Origin: Antedon mediterranea
Taxonomy: Eukaryota > Animalia > Echinodermata
DNA: 64,000 nt
Assembly: GCF_964355755.1 (NCBI RefSeq)
Contig: NC_092672.1
Coordinates: 34,602,437-34,666,436 of the forward strand
Direction of reading: 5' to 3'
Shown here: one piece after another, positions 10,818 to 23,224 of the stretch
Position numbering within the stretch: position 1 is the stretch's first letter
How the letters are laid out: the number at the start of each line of letters is the position of its first letter
Notes under the pieces: model-generated
Told to the model about the DNA's origin: nothing
Database searches by the model: none
Seen by the model: only the letters and a program-made list of their open reading frames with translations
Translations under genes and position numbers: made by a program

Positions 10818-11270
10818 GTAACCACCAGCGAAGGAGATCGGGTCTGTCAGGGGCATGGGACAGAAACACTCCCGCAAGATCCGCTCTAGGAGCTGATCTT
10901 GTCGTCGGGGCTAGTCGGTAATGGTCCAGCATTACCTCTCCCAGTGCCCAAACCCTCAGGTTCTAGACCAACCCCTGAAACTCTCGCGCCGTTACAATGT
11001 GTGTCGGGTGCAGCCCAATCGACACATGGGTGTGGGACGGGGCCTGTATTAGATCAATCTCTCAAAAATGTGTGTCTGAATGCGCACGGTGGAGGCTTCC
11101 TCCCCGTGTCGGATCCCGGAACGGCTGTGAAAGTCGCCACCCCCACGAGTGGCCATGGTGGCCAGTGCTCGAAAATGGATGAGAAAGGTGGGATGATTGT
11201 TGACTTGTGAGTGCAGGTCTTCCTCCCCTTAAAGATCCCCACCATCTAGTTCGGAATCACTCATGGTTCT
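10818..11270. other. GC-rich structured island of unknown nature (candidate ncRNA or retroelement UTR)
   Basis: Abrupt GC/CpG-rich block in AT-rich DNA, with many hairpins and complementary ends; no family recognised. Confidence 0.4.
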
Positions 11271-11949
11271 TCATTGTATTTATTATCCTGTATGTTATTG
11301 TGTATTGTGGAAATAAATTTAATCACCTTAAGAATTTTACAGCTAATAAATTCAGAAATGTTCATCATGCCCAGCCTCACTTATCATGGTTAGGTACATA
11401 TTAAACTTTTATTCATAATGATCGGCGCTTATACAGATTTGCAACATTACCACATTATTCATAACATAAGCTGAATTACTCGGAAAGTGTGATTATAAAG
11501 TACATTGTTTGATTGCAATATAGCAATTCATTACAACATATTTACTGTGTAATCGTCGTCTAATCTGTTTGTCATCTTCTTTGATGAATTGGCACAAATT
11601 TCAATATTTGCTTGTGTAACATAACAGGAAAATCTATCAAAATCAGTATTATTGTATAGTATAGCTATGAGAGCTAAACCCAGGGGCCTCAGAGCATGAG
11701 CAGTTCAATGCAACGCCCCAGCATTTGATGCCCCCCCCCCCCCCCCCTAAGAGTGGCCACTGTGGTACACCACTGAGTATACTATCAAATTGTGTGGCTA
11801 ACACTGTATAAAGTATATGCAATAACCGCATACAATTACAATTCATTCTATTTCATGGATCTTTAATGAAAAGCTCCAATTAAGAATCTGCATGTTAATG
11901 TCCTCTGGCCAAATGAAGATACCTCTCCACATAAAAATAATCTTCATTT

Positions 11950-11985
11950 TCAGTCATCTTCAACACTCTCTTCATCAGGGGCACA
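11950..11985 (-). CDS. RAD1: RAD1 exon 8 (stop)
   Basis: TTTTCAG acceptor; CAPDEESVEDD-TGA. Confidence 0.9.
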   Translation of the reverse strand, partial: CAPDEESVEDD

Positions 11986-14900
11986 CTGAAAATAAAAGTA
12001 ATTGACAATTTATTAAAACAAAATGATTATTATTTTATTCAGATCGTCATGTACATTGTGAAACATTGATACCTTTCAAATGTTAACCCTCTGGGCTAAA
12101 CTCGAAGGGTTACCCTCTTAAGCTTTGTCTATACAGTACTATCAACTTTATGTGACAACAAATGTGATGTGACAACAAATGTGATGTGCCCATATATGGT
12201 TTGATGGTGTAGACAGAGCTTAAGCCTTTTATGGCACAAATAACTGTGCATTATAACATGATTTTAAAGAGTGGTCTTAATAATATTAATTAATACTTAC
12301 ATAATATTCAACAAATGAGATTTGGCCATCATCATTTTGTATCATGTACTGCAGCGACAGAAAGCCACGATGGTCTGTTTGGATTGACACTTTACACGAA
12401 ACCATTAATGCTTTAACAGACGGCTTTAGTAATGTCAATTTGTATCTAAAATATGTGGTGAAAATATTTTTACATAAGAATTATATTACATCATTAAACT
12501 AATTTATATAGTAAAGCCTTGTGATGTGCCCATATATGGACATGATGATGTCATATCACTACCATATTTGGGTATGTCACTACCATATTTGAGCGCATCA
12601 CACTTTTTTTAGTCAAACTAGTTTGATAGTGTAGACAGAGCTTAAGAAATGGACGTATTCTGAATCATTTTGTATGGATCGCCACTCGTTTAGCCATCCT
12701 TTTGACAGGGCTGTGATGTATTGGAACACTGGGGTACCTCCTACTCTTCTGAAACATGCACTGGCCAAAGCTTTGTCTGCATCATATCCATATGGGCACA
12801 TCACATTTTTTTGTCACATAAAGTTTGACAGTGTAGACAAGGCTTTAGGTTAGGTTGACAAACCCACTGGTCCTCCAGTTAAACTCTATCTGAGAAAACT
12901 TATTCTACCACCAAAATGATAAAGATGAAGTGCCTAGAACCTTTCCTGATCTTATGGCTATGGGTTGCAGCGCCCTCTGCCGATTTTTCTCTGTCTGTCT
13001 CTATTCTGATTTTGTTAGGAGGATCATAAGAATTGATTTGCACTTACAAATAACTAGTTCATTAAACTTTAATTCCATTAAAACTAATATAAAAAACTAA
13101 TATTTGTTTAGCCCACTTGATTGAAATAATTAAAGCTCTGTCTACACGATCAAACTAGACAAAAAAAGTGTGATGTGCCCAAATATGCTTAAATATGGTA
13201 ATGATATGACATCATCGTGTCCATATATGGGCACATCACACGTTTTTGTCACAAAGTTTGATAGTGTAGACAGAACTTAATGTTTGTATACTCATGGAGG
13301 AGAAAAATGTACTACACACTGACACAGCATTTATTTCCTACAACACAATTAATAGCGTTAACGTCACAAGATACCTTTATGTAATTGATCACCCTATAAA
13401 TTCCTTTTTTCTGCGAATTTCATTTTTTTAAGACTTTGCTCTTCAAGTTATTGACCTGCTAAAATCGGCCTTTGATTTTCTTTGAATACATAACTCTACT
13501 TGGGTAGAGGAAATGGTTATACAGACAAAATATATATGTAATGATGTATATATTATTATTCACAAGAAATTTACTCATGCGTGAAAGCAGTTATCCCTAC
13601 TGAGTATAGCCTTGGGAAAATGTTCTACTATGAATTGCTATCCACTGTTTGTCATTGTAAAAAAAGCCTGAGGAATATTTTCAACTACAGTATATCAATT
13701 TATTTGATAATTCATGTAAGGTTGTTGACATGATGGAGTAACTCGATAAGCTTCATTTAAGATTTTAAAAAAACAACAATTAATTGATATAAAGTACACT
13801 AGGAAGATCAAAATCTATACCGATCACGAAGTTCAAAAGGAAATAGAAAACTTAAGAAAACAATCCTGCACATAATAGAGGAAAATGGTATGGAAGACAT
13901 CATTGTCTCAATGACGAGATGAAAGGCGTAACTGATGATAATAAGTGCACACATACACTCACACAAGAGTGTGGGGCCCGTGTGGGGATGGAAAATAATC
14001 TACACACAAACACATATACATACATAAATAATTTATATCCCACCCATTGCTAAAATGATCTTTATATTTAAAGGATGGGAAGCTCTTCGAGACTACTGTA
14101 GGCGAAAGGGATTGTACATAACTGTTAAATTTTAAAACTATTATTTTTAATTTTGTATGCAATGCACACCACCTACTGTATGCATAACAATTGCTATTAT
14201 AGCCAGTGGAGCAGTAGCCTTCAACTATGAAGTTTGCTCCTAAAGAAGAAGAAAAGGAAACATCGGATTTGTTGAAGTGAGTGAGGTTAATTTACACTAT
14301 AAACTGCATTGCAATTTACTCTGTACCCATAAACCTACGGATATAAAGCAGATATATTGTTTCAACTCTATGACTTTGACAATTGTAATCTGATTTGTCT
14401 TTGGTTTTACATTAACAAGTACTTTATAGCATAAAGCAATGGCATATTAAGTAACCACTAAAGTCCTGTAATGGAAATCAAGATTTTGGTTGTAACACGG
14501 TGTAAGAAATAGTTTTAGATTAGTGAGAAATAGTTTTAGATTAAGGATAGAGTAATTTAATGTGATAATTAATGGTAACTGAGATTCTTTGATGGTATTA
14601 ATTCTTTACATTATCTCAATTTATTGAAATTGTCTATGCAACAGACAACTAAACCTTTTTCAACATGTATGCTATAGGTTAATCTAGATTCAGCTTATAT
14701 TATTCGTAAACAAATATTTTGGCACACATGGCGTGTCATAACTATAAACTTTAAAAAATAATCAAAAAGCCAGCAGGTGGTGGTGGTACATAAAAAGATT
14801 AAAACAAGATTTCTAGCTAGGTATACACGAAAACATGTTTTTCTGCATGCATTCAACAATGTTCAGACTTAAACCCTTTTCACACCTGCAAAAAGTAACA

Positions 14901-17900
14901 ACTTGTAACCAAGTTTCTTTTTGAGGAAAATCTCCAGATAAAAACTGATGAGAGGCCTGTTTTTTTGTTTGTTTAGATGTTAATGTGCACATGTATATTG
15001 CTCTGGTATTAAAGTGACCAATCAGAGTAAGAAGAATTTCTGTTATCATTTTATTAAGATAATGGTCTAATAAAGCTTAGTATTTTTAGCAACTATGCTT
15101 TCTACCAAGATTTCTCACGGTTCACTTATGCGTGTATGAAAACGTGTAATAAATCAGGAGATCAAACCTGGTAACAACTTGTTACAAGTTGTAACAATTT
15201 ACGCAATGTGGTGTGGACATGATGATGTCATATCACTACCATATTTGGGCATATCACTACCATATTTGGGCACATCACACTTTTTTTTAAAAACTACTTT
15301 GAGGTTTAGGCTTACGGTTAAGAATTACCCATTTACCTGTTTAAGTTGGTTTAATGGGTAAACTTATCACTAACTTGGTTAAGTCAATAACTAAGTCTGA
15401 ACCGTGTAAAGCTTATTTGAAGGTCTTTATCTGCACTCACCTATTGCTCTGTGCCCATATATAGTAGTGATATGCTTAAATACGGTATTGATATGACATC
15501 ATCATGTCCATATATGGGCACATCACATTTTTTTGTCATATAACGTTTGACAGTGTAGGCAGAACTTAAGCTAGAACCGTGTACAGTTTATGTTATATTC
15601 TTTATCTGTACTCGCCTATTGCTCTGTGCCCATATTATGGTATTGATATGCTTAAATACGGTATTGATATGACATCATCATGTCCATATATGGGCACATC
15701 ACATTTTTTTGTCACATAACGTTTGACAGTGTAGGCAGAACTTAAGCTAGAACCGTGTACAGTTTATGTTATATTCTTTATCTGTACTCGCCTATTGCTC
15801 TGTGCCCATATATAGTAGTGATATGCTTAAATACGGTATTGATATGACATCATCATGTCCATATATGGGCACATCACATTTTTTGTCACATAACGTTTGA
15901 CAGTGTAGGCAGAACTTAAGCTTGAACCGTGTACAGTTTATTTTATATTCTTTATCTGTACTCACCTATTGCTCTGTGCCCATATATAGTAGTGATATGC
16001 TTAAATACGGTATTGATATGACATCATCATGTCCATATATGGGCACATCACATTTTTTGTCACATAACGTTTGACAGTGTAGGCAGAACTTAAGCTAGAA
16101 CCGTGTACAGTTTATGTTACATTCTTTATCTGTACTCACCTATTGCTCTGTGCCCATATATAGTAGTGATATGCTTAAATACGATATTGATATGACATCA
16201 TCATGTTCATATATGGGCACATCACATTTTTTGTCACATAACGTTTGACAGTGTAGGCAGAACTTAAGCTTGAACCGTGTACAGTTTATGTTATATTCTT
16301 TATCTGTACTCACCTATTGCTCTGTGCCCATATATAGTAGTAATATGCTTAAATACGGTATTGATATGACATCATCATGTCCATATATGGGCACATCACA
16401 TTTTTTGTCACATAACGTTTGACAGTGTAGGCAGAACTTGAAGCTTTGTCTACACTATCAAACTTTATGTGTCAAAAAAATGTGATGTGCCCATATATAG
16501 ACATGATGATGTCATATCACTACCATATGTAAGCATAGTTCTACCATATTTGGGCACATCAAACTTTTTTGACACATAAAGTTTGACAGTGTAGACAGAA
16601 CTTAAGCTTGAACCGTGTACAGTTTATTTTATATTCTTTATCTGTACTCACCTATTGCTCTGAGTCTGAGTGCATTGAAATGACTCTATCAGATCACTCT
16701 CTCTTGGGAAATCTGACTGAAATGTAAGAAATTGCCTACATTATATTTATAATGCTATTTTATTTATTACATATCAATACAACAACTGTATTATATTTTT
16801 ATTAATGAGCTACATAACATTATTGTCAATGTTACATTATATTATACCGAGATGGTAGACGGAGGATGACCTACAGTTAAGCTCTGTCTACACTATCAAA
16901 CTATGCAACAAAAAATGTGACCATATATGGACATGATGATGTCATATTAATATCATATTTAAGCATATCACTACCATATTTGGGTACATCATACTTTCTT
17001 TTGTCAAATTAGTTTTATAGGAAGTGTAGACAGAGCTTTATGCCTACAGATAAGGAACGCAACAGTGTATACTGGGCTACACACATGCATTAATTTATCT
17101 TTTGTACTCATCACTTCTTCTTTATATACCGTCCTAAAAAACTGAAAACTATTACTCACACAGCAGAAATAGGTGTTTTTTTTTAAATAAAATTTTGTTA
17201 AGATATAATACTGTAGTAAATTATCTTTTTTTTTAAACATTATTTTTTAAACTTTGTTATTGACTGAGCTGAAGGAAGGACATCATTTTGATTTATGAAA
17301 GAGGAATTTAAATATTATAGTTATTATCAAATACTAAACATACTTTTAGCATTGGCTAATTAAGGCATAAGTGACCACACAAGTACACTGCACGTAACTT
17401 ATGAATTTTTATGTTGTGTATGCAATTATGTAATGCATATTTTTCTACATTTTACTCAGTAATGGATATTGCTAACTGTGTAAAAGCTTCTATACTTCCT
17501 TAAGGTATATTACTATCAATTTGTTCAATATACAGGATAGCATGCTTTATGTATACACAAATCTACAATAATAAGATTGAAACAACTTTATAAGAACACT
17601 GTACAGTATATCCTCAGGTATACAGTAATCCCACTTCAGGTCTAATCCCACCCCTTACTTTATGTCTGATTTCACAAACAGGCATATCCCGGTCTTATAG
17701 ACATACGTATAGTCCCAGTATTGACATTTGGTCTGGATCTATAGGCCTCTTTTGTTTTTTACAATACTTATCAATTGTTTTTGTCCTGAACCAGGGTTTT
17801 CCCGCGTATAGTCCCACCACCCAAATTTGGCTGATATTGTGTTCTACTAGGAGAAGGGGGTGGTGGGATTATACCAGAGGATGTACGGTAACTGTAAAGA

Positions 17901-19961
17901 ATATATGAAGCTAGAGATTTTTTCCTAACTTGGCTATGCGCCAAACATTTGTAAAAAAAACTGAGGAAATCTTACAAAAGCGCTTCCAGACACGCCGTAT
18001 GTAGTCAGTCTGAAGTGAGGCTTGTCAGGTGACAACAGTATCTCTAGTACCTCACTTGTCATGTCTAGTTCTTGGAAAGCTTCTTTTAGACACTCTGACT
18101 GTAATATAAGAATTGTTAATCTGAATACGACATAACATAGGTAATAAAAGCATTTTTACAGTAAAATGAACGATCTACCTCTACTGGTTATAGACCATCT
18201 TTTTGTTTTGGCTGCCTGTCATAGCATAATCTGTTTGTTTTTTTTGGATACAGAGATTTTTCGAGTCTATATGCCCTAGTGAACATTACAGTATGCAAAA
18301 ATTGAAAACTTTGTCATCTGTTTAACGATTCTACCCTTTTCCCCCACCACAACCTACTAATACAGTATTGTTTTACATTACACAGAGATTCAAATATACT
18401 GCAATAATTAATACAAAAAATCTAATTATATGAATTAATTTGGGACCATGCCAAAATTATTTAATGCAGTTACTGTAGTAACTTTTTTTTACTGCAATAA
18501 AGTATGATTTAGTTCTGCCATTTAGAAGTGAACTTCACTGGCTATAGCTTTTGCAATTTTCATGTGCTGTATACGCTGTGTGGTGCATACACAGTCACTG
18601 CAACAAACATTGCAGTAACTGCACTAGATTAATTTGACATATTTGAAGAAAGTAGTTTTTTTAATAATCAAAGACATATTGTAAAACAATGACCTTCATA
18701 ATAATTTTGTTAATGACATTTGCACTTGTAAAGTTGAAATCTAGCGTCTCATCTGACTCCAATGTTTTTATACTACAATCAGTCAGTACTCCATTTTCTT
18801 CCAACCTATACAGAATTAAAATAAATATGACAATAAAACACAACTGTAATTATCCATAGAATAACAAGTGTAGCTCATTCTTGTGTTCACACTGGGATTA
18901 AGCCAGAAAAATCAGTAAAAGCGTATTTTGACACACTGGATTCTTGGAGATTGTGTAAATACACTCACATAAGCAATAGTGGGCTTCCATAACCAGCATA
19001 ACAAATCTTAAGTGCTGGGTTCGATCCTTGAGATGATCCACCACCAAATATGGTCAAACAATCCTAAAAAAATAAAAATAATAATAATAATGCTTCTTAT
19101 AATTTTATATATTCCTTCACTTTTTAGTGGAATGAGTCATTTTTAGGAGAGGATAATATAGAAATGTATATTAATTTGCTAAACTTCAATTTGTTAATCC
19201 AAGTTGCAATAAAGAATATGATTGATTGATTATAGATACTTCTGGGTATATCATTACACTGTAGATTAACAAATCAATATACAAGGTTAGTGTGGTGCTT
19301 GTGTCCAACTTTTACCTGTAAAACATTGAGACTAATCTTGAATGTAGCCGACTCTTCCCGAATGATGTAACTTTGAAAGATTGTTGCTTGTAAAAATGCA
19401 TTTGCCTGAACGCATTTGGAATCTTCAACCGTAACTTTCAATCCATTCTCAGTTGCAAATACTGTTGCCAGCTACAAAAATAAAATACTAATAAATCTAT
19501 TTTGGACATTTAGGCCTAGGCCTAGGTTAGGCAAGGCGCAGGCCTACAACAACAAAAAAGGAAACAAGATTGACAAGTAAGAGAAGCAACTGACTTAACT
19601 TAAACTGAATGATGAAGTGAAGAGATTATTATTTTTGTAGGATTAAAATGCCATTCCGGGCATTGACATTGTTATGGCTATTTATAAAATAGGCCTATCT
19701 ATAAATAAATATTAAAAGTTCACGTAGGCCTAGTAGGCTAGTACCTGGGGTCTACCCGACCGTTCGTACCTGTCAATCGTCTACGTAGTACGTACGTACG
19801 TAGGCCTAAGCCTACAACGAGGCCTAAAGCCTAGATATACTTACTTCTTTATCTTTACACAAAATTGCTTTTAGGACGTTTGATATATTTTTGGCATTAT
19901 CAATTTTGGCAATCAAAACGTATTGATTGTCCTCGTCACTTTCTTGTGTTGAAAGGGTCAT
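11950..19961 (-). CDS. RAD1: Cell-cycle checkpoint protein RAD1 (9-1-1 clamp subunit), 282 aa; exons 19961-19845, 19471-19316, 19063-18969, 18805-18694, 18098-17976, 16716-16652, 12445-12301, 11985-11950
   Basis: Spliced protein MTLSTQESDEDNQYVLIAKIDNAKNISNVLKAI...ATENGLKVTVEDSKCVQANAFLQ...DCLTIFG...CYAGYGSPL...LEENGVLTDC...ETLDFNF...KEAFQELDMTSEVL...SPDKPHFRL...DFPRESDLIESF...RYKLTLLKPSVKAL...KVSIQTDHRGFLSLQYMI...SFVEYYCAPDEE is colinear with known RAD1. 849 nt, all GT/AG. Confidence 0.96.
12301..12445 (-). CDS. RAD1: RAD1 exon 7
   Basis: YKLTLLKPSVKALMVSCKVSIQTDHRGFLSLQYMIQNDDGQISFVEYY; GTAAGT donor. Confidence 0.95.
13134..13277. mobile_element. MITE family A (AGCTCTGTCTACACTATCAAAC TIR, TWA flanks, PIF/Harbinger-like), representative copy
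   Basis: About 20 copies or fragments: 7472-7630, 12121-12220, ~12515-12642, ~12769-12845, ~15213-15285, 16442-16602, 16880-17037, 22231-22392, ~30170-30307, 30369-30507, ~35890-36027, ~36794-36913, 38066-38208, ~41741-41872, ~50706-50845, 50957-51090, 52284-52412, ~52641-52740. Confidence 0.9.
15394..16440. repeat. Tandem array, ~174-bp unit x6, in RAD1 intron 6 (copy of exon-6 donor + half MITE A)
   Basis: Units start ~15394, 15568, 15744, 15918, 16092 and 16266 and are near-identical (first more diverged). Confidence 0.92.
16652..16716 (-). CDS. RAD1: RAD1 exon 6
   Basis: SDFPRESDLIESFQCTQTQSNR; TTTCAG acceptor, AG/GTGAGT donor. Confidence 0.93.
17976..18098 (-). CDS. RAD1: RAD1 exon 5
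   Basis: SECLKEAFQELDMTSEVLEILLSPDKPHFRLTTYGVSGSAF; GTAAGA donor. Confidence 0.95.
18694..18805 (-). CDS. RAD1: RAD1 exon 4
   Basis: LEENGVLTDCSIKTLESDETLDFNFTSANVINKIIMK. Confidence 0.95.
18969..19063 (-). CDS. RAD1: RAD1 exon 3
   Basis: DCLTIFGGGSSQGSNPALKICYAGYGSPLLL; GTGAGT donor. Confidence 0.93.
19316..19471 (-). CDS. RAD1: RAD1 exon 2
   Basis: LATVFATENGLKVTVEDSKCVQANAFLQ...; CAG/GTAAAA donor. Confidence 0.95.
19845..19961 (-). CDS. RAD1: RAD1 exon 1
   Basis: ATG at 19961, donor GAA/GTAAGT. Confidence 0.92.
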
Positions 19962-20110
19962 ATCACAAGAAACAAGAAAACCAGAAACTACACAAACATT
20001 CTCTAGGCCCAGGCGCGCCTAGAAACAAAAATTATAATGCCCGCCGCCCCGCCGCCGAACTTTACCTCCGCCTCTAGAAATGAAGTGCGCCCTCATTACC
20101 ATCGACTGTG
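19962..20110 (-). promoter_or_regulatory. RAD1 promoter / 5' UTR GC patch
   Basis: GC-box-like CCCGCCGCCCCGCCGCC and GGCGCGCC immediately upstream of the RAD1 ATG in otherwise AT-rich DNA. Confidence 0.5.
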
Positions 20111-23046
20111 TAAACAAACATCTTTTTACCCATTATTAATTTGATACGGCGGTAGGACTAAAAATACACGGAGGTAAAAAATATTAATTTATTACCTCCA
20201 TGGTATAAATAGTTATTTAATATTAAAATAAATTAATTAACTAATAGGTTATTTTATACGCTATTATTTGGTCAATAACGATCGAATATAATCGAATTCA
20301 ATCAATTAAATAAATCAAAAAAAATAATAATATAACGTCATTCGCTGAAATGTTGTGCGAGTATGATTAATTTGTTACACTTTATGAAATCGGTGTCAGA
20401 TTCATAAACAAAAAGCGAACGGCAGCAGAGTACTATTAATTAGCTAAATGCGATTTTACTTGAGGTTAAACAGCTAGTTCTTTTGGTAACATTTGTGTGA
20501 TGATGATCGATATACTAGTTACTGCAGGACATGTATTAAATATAGACGCACATTTATTTTTTATTTCAAAAGAAATCAAAATTAGGCAGTGTATACTTTA
20601 AGCTTGGTTGGTTCCCTACTAGAACGCAACGCAACGACGTAATTGACTGATGACATGTGATAGCCAGGATAATCCATCGCCTGTGACTGGTCAAATTAAG
20701 TCAGTGTGCTTCCTTATGTACGTCCTTGTGCTGCGTTCTCCTACTACTACTAGTGGGAACCAAACTTAGCTGTGAGTTCAAACCCGTTACCCTTATCGAT
20801 CAGGACGACTAAGTATTTCACTTTTTAGATTAAATTCCTTATTAATGTCATTAATTTATGAAAATATCAATATGTTTATCATATTGCTATTAACTATTAT
20901 AAATTATGTGGATAACAACGACTTCAAGCCAAAAGGCGAACTAATCGTAAAAAATGGTGCAAAATAAAAAAAAAAGGCACAATGTTAAATCGCTCTTCAA
21001 ATCTTTCGAATAAATTGCGTTCTTTGAAGTGACAATTCAATGAATACCTACGATAGTGAATATCATACTTATATATATATTAGTAATAATTTTGTAATAG
21101 CGATAATTTATTTTCGTCAATAGTTTTAAGTCATATGTATGTATCACCTGCATGGCGCGATATTAATTATGAATTATTCGGGTTTTTTTCGTTTCGTTGT
21201 AAAGCGTGGTTTCCACTAGAACGAAACGCAGCGACGACGTATCGACGCAAAGTGTTGTATTGCGTAATCACAAGTGGGAACCGACGACGCAATAGTACTG
21301 CAAACATCGCAGATTTGATTTCACGCAGGCAGGGGCAAACACAATTATTAGAAGGGCATTTGTCTCAACCTTGTTGACTGTTGATGTACAAACATCCATC
21401 CTTATCCGTGCCCCTTTCGTGACCTCTCATTCAAAGATCGATAACGGTTTATAAAAATCAGGCCAATGTTTAAACTTTTTGAGCATATTCAGAGAAATGT
21501 ATTTCATTTGAACAAATAAAAATGTTTTTTCGAACCGCAACAATATCTCGTATGGGAAGCCTTGAATAGCAATAACGAGCACTGATGCTGATAGACCTTC
21601 GATTAAACTAGCATTTATGTACGATGATTGAAAAACATCGAGGTAGATGGAAATGAATGATGTATATGAAACATTATATTGATTGATGTTATTATTAGAG
21701 AAAGATTCGAGGAAAAAAACTAAGAATTATGAATCTATAGGAAGTCAGTGGGGCTGTGCTCCTCTTAAAGGTTTCTGTCAGTTTTATTATGCTTTTTTTA
21801 AAGTAATTTGATGGATCGTACACGTGATGGACTGTCTCGCTTGTGATTGGTTAGTTGATCATACGTCTTGCGTTGCGTGGGAATACGCACACGTGTCTTC
21901 GTTCTAATACTACTATTTAAGTCAGTTTTATTTTATTTTTGGTCTCCCACTATGTAAGCGCACCGCAAGTAATTGACCAATGACGCGTTGGATCACCTTG
22001 ACTGTCTCGCTTTTGATTGGACGTCACTCAGACCACTTTGGTTAATCCTACCGTCTTGTGTTGTGTACGCACGCGTGTCTTCGGATTAATACTATTATTA
22101 TATTTAATCGTGTTTCTGATTCAAATTTTGTGTAAATGTGATGATGTGAGTCTGTGAGAAAGACACCATCACAAACATACGTAGGCATATATATTACGCG
22201 CGCACACTAAAAGATGGTGGCCGGCCCTAAAGCTCTGTCTACACTATCAAACTAGTTTGACAAAAAGATATGTGATGTGCCCAAATATGGTAGTGATATG
22301 CACAGATATGCTAGTGATATGACATCATCATGCCCATATATGGGCACATCACATTGTGCTGTCACATACAGTTTGACAGTGTAGACAAGGTTTAAGTCTC
22401 GGCTGATATAATAATTGCGGGTCATCGGAGCAATATTCGTGTTCGAAATTCCATTTTTTTACTTTAGTTGTAAAAAAAAACCCATGATTTAAACAAAATA
22501 GCAAATGACAGTAATACAACAAGCAAAGGTCAGTTTCATTTTGTATCATTAGATTAGCGGTGATGCGAGAAATTTTCGGAAATAGTAGGCCTATGCTATA
22601 AAAAAAATAACAAATTAGCATTGCAATTTGACAAGCATTTCAATAAGGCTAAGGTGCTGAGTCGCTCCTTTCATCGGTGTTAATCTTAATAAATCCAAAA
22701 TTGAACTAGACACGAGTCAGTTATCGTGATATGAATTATGAATATAACGTATGAATTTTAAAGATTAAAGTTGTTCTGCCTGTCATCATTGCAATACACA
22801 CAGGCCTATACTAGTTAACAGTGATTCGCACTGAATTCATCCAATGATAATAATAATTAAGCTATGATTAAGACGTCGTTCACACAAAGACAAACGCACA
22901 GACGTAGACGCAACGCGTAGCGAGTTAAAGCTTGGTTTCCACGAGAGGAGGTAACGCAACGACGTAAGCGCGACGTAAGCAATTTAACCAATCACAAGCT
23001 TTGATTGGTCAACTCGCCTGCGCTTACGTCTATGCGTTGCGTCTTA

Positions 23047-23224
23047 AGCGTGGTTCCCACTAGCGACGCAACACAAGGACGTAACGCAACGCAAGTGAAT
23101 TGACCAATCACAAGCGATGGCTTATTCGCTTGTGATTGCTAACTGTCTATAACTTCGCTTGTCATTGGTTAAAACGCTTGCGTTGCGTTTACGTACTGCG
23201 TTACGTTCTAGTGGGAACCAAGCT
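23047..23224. mobile_element. MITE family B (AGCGTGGTTCCCACTAG TIR, TTA target duplication), representative copy
   Basis: TIRs with TTA at 23044-46 and 23225-27. Near-identical copies at 29036-29260, 30623-30801 and 42583-42767; diverged relatives at ~20600-20766, ~21202-21350, ~21800-22080 and ~33931-34255. Confidence 0.9.

Noticed and set aside
10899-11210. 103-aa ORF in the GC island
   Set aside because: TTG start, no recognisable motif; open frames in several phases are expected from the GC content.
10818-11270. Telomerase RNA, 7SK, RNase P/MRP, SRP, 5S-SINE or HDV/twister ribozyme as the identity of the GC island
   Set aside because: No CUAACCCU template; GAUC/GAUC stem present but no 7SK ends or T-run terminator; no complementary P4 (CR-I/CR-V) pair; the pseudoknot-like pairing at 11187-11264 lacks the HDV P1.1 GG and P4; 5S similarity is patchy.
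14945-14965. Hammerhead ribozyme core CTGATGAG (also ~37925)
   Set aside because: No stem II followed by GAAA and no flanking helices.
15394-16440. CRISPR array interpretation of this and other tandem arrays
   Set aside because: Whole units repeat with no unique spacers, no cas genes, eukaryotic context.
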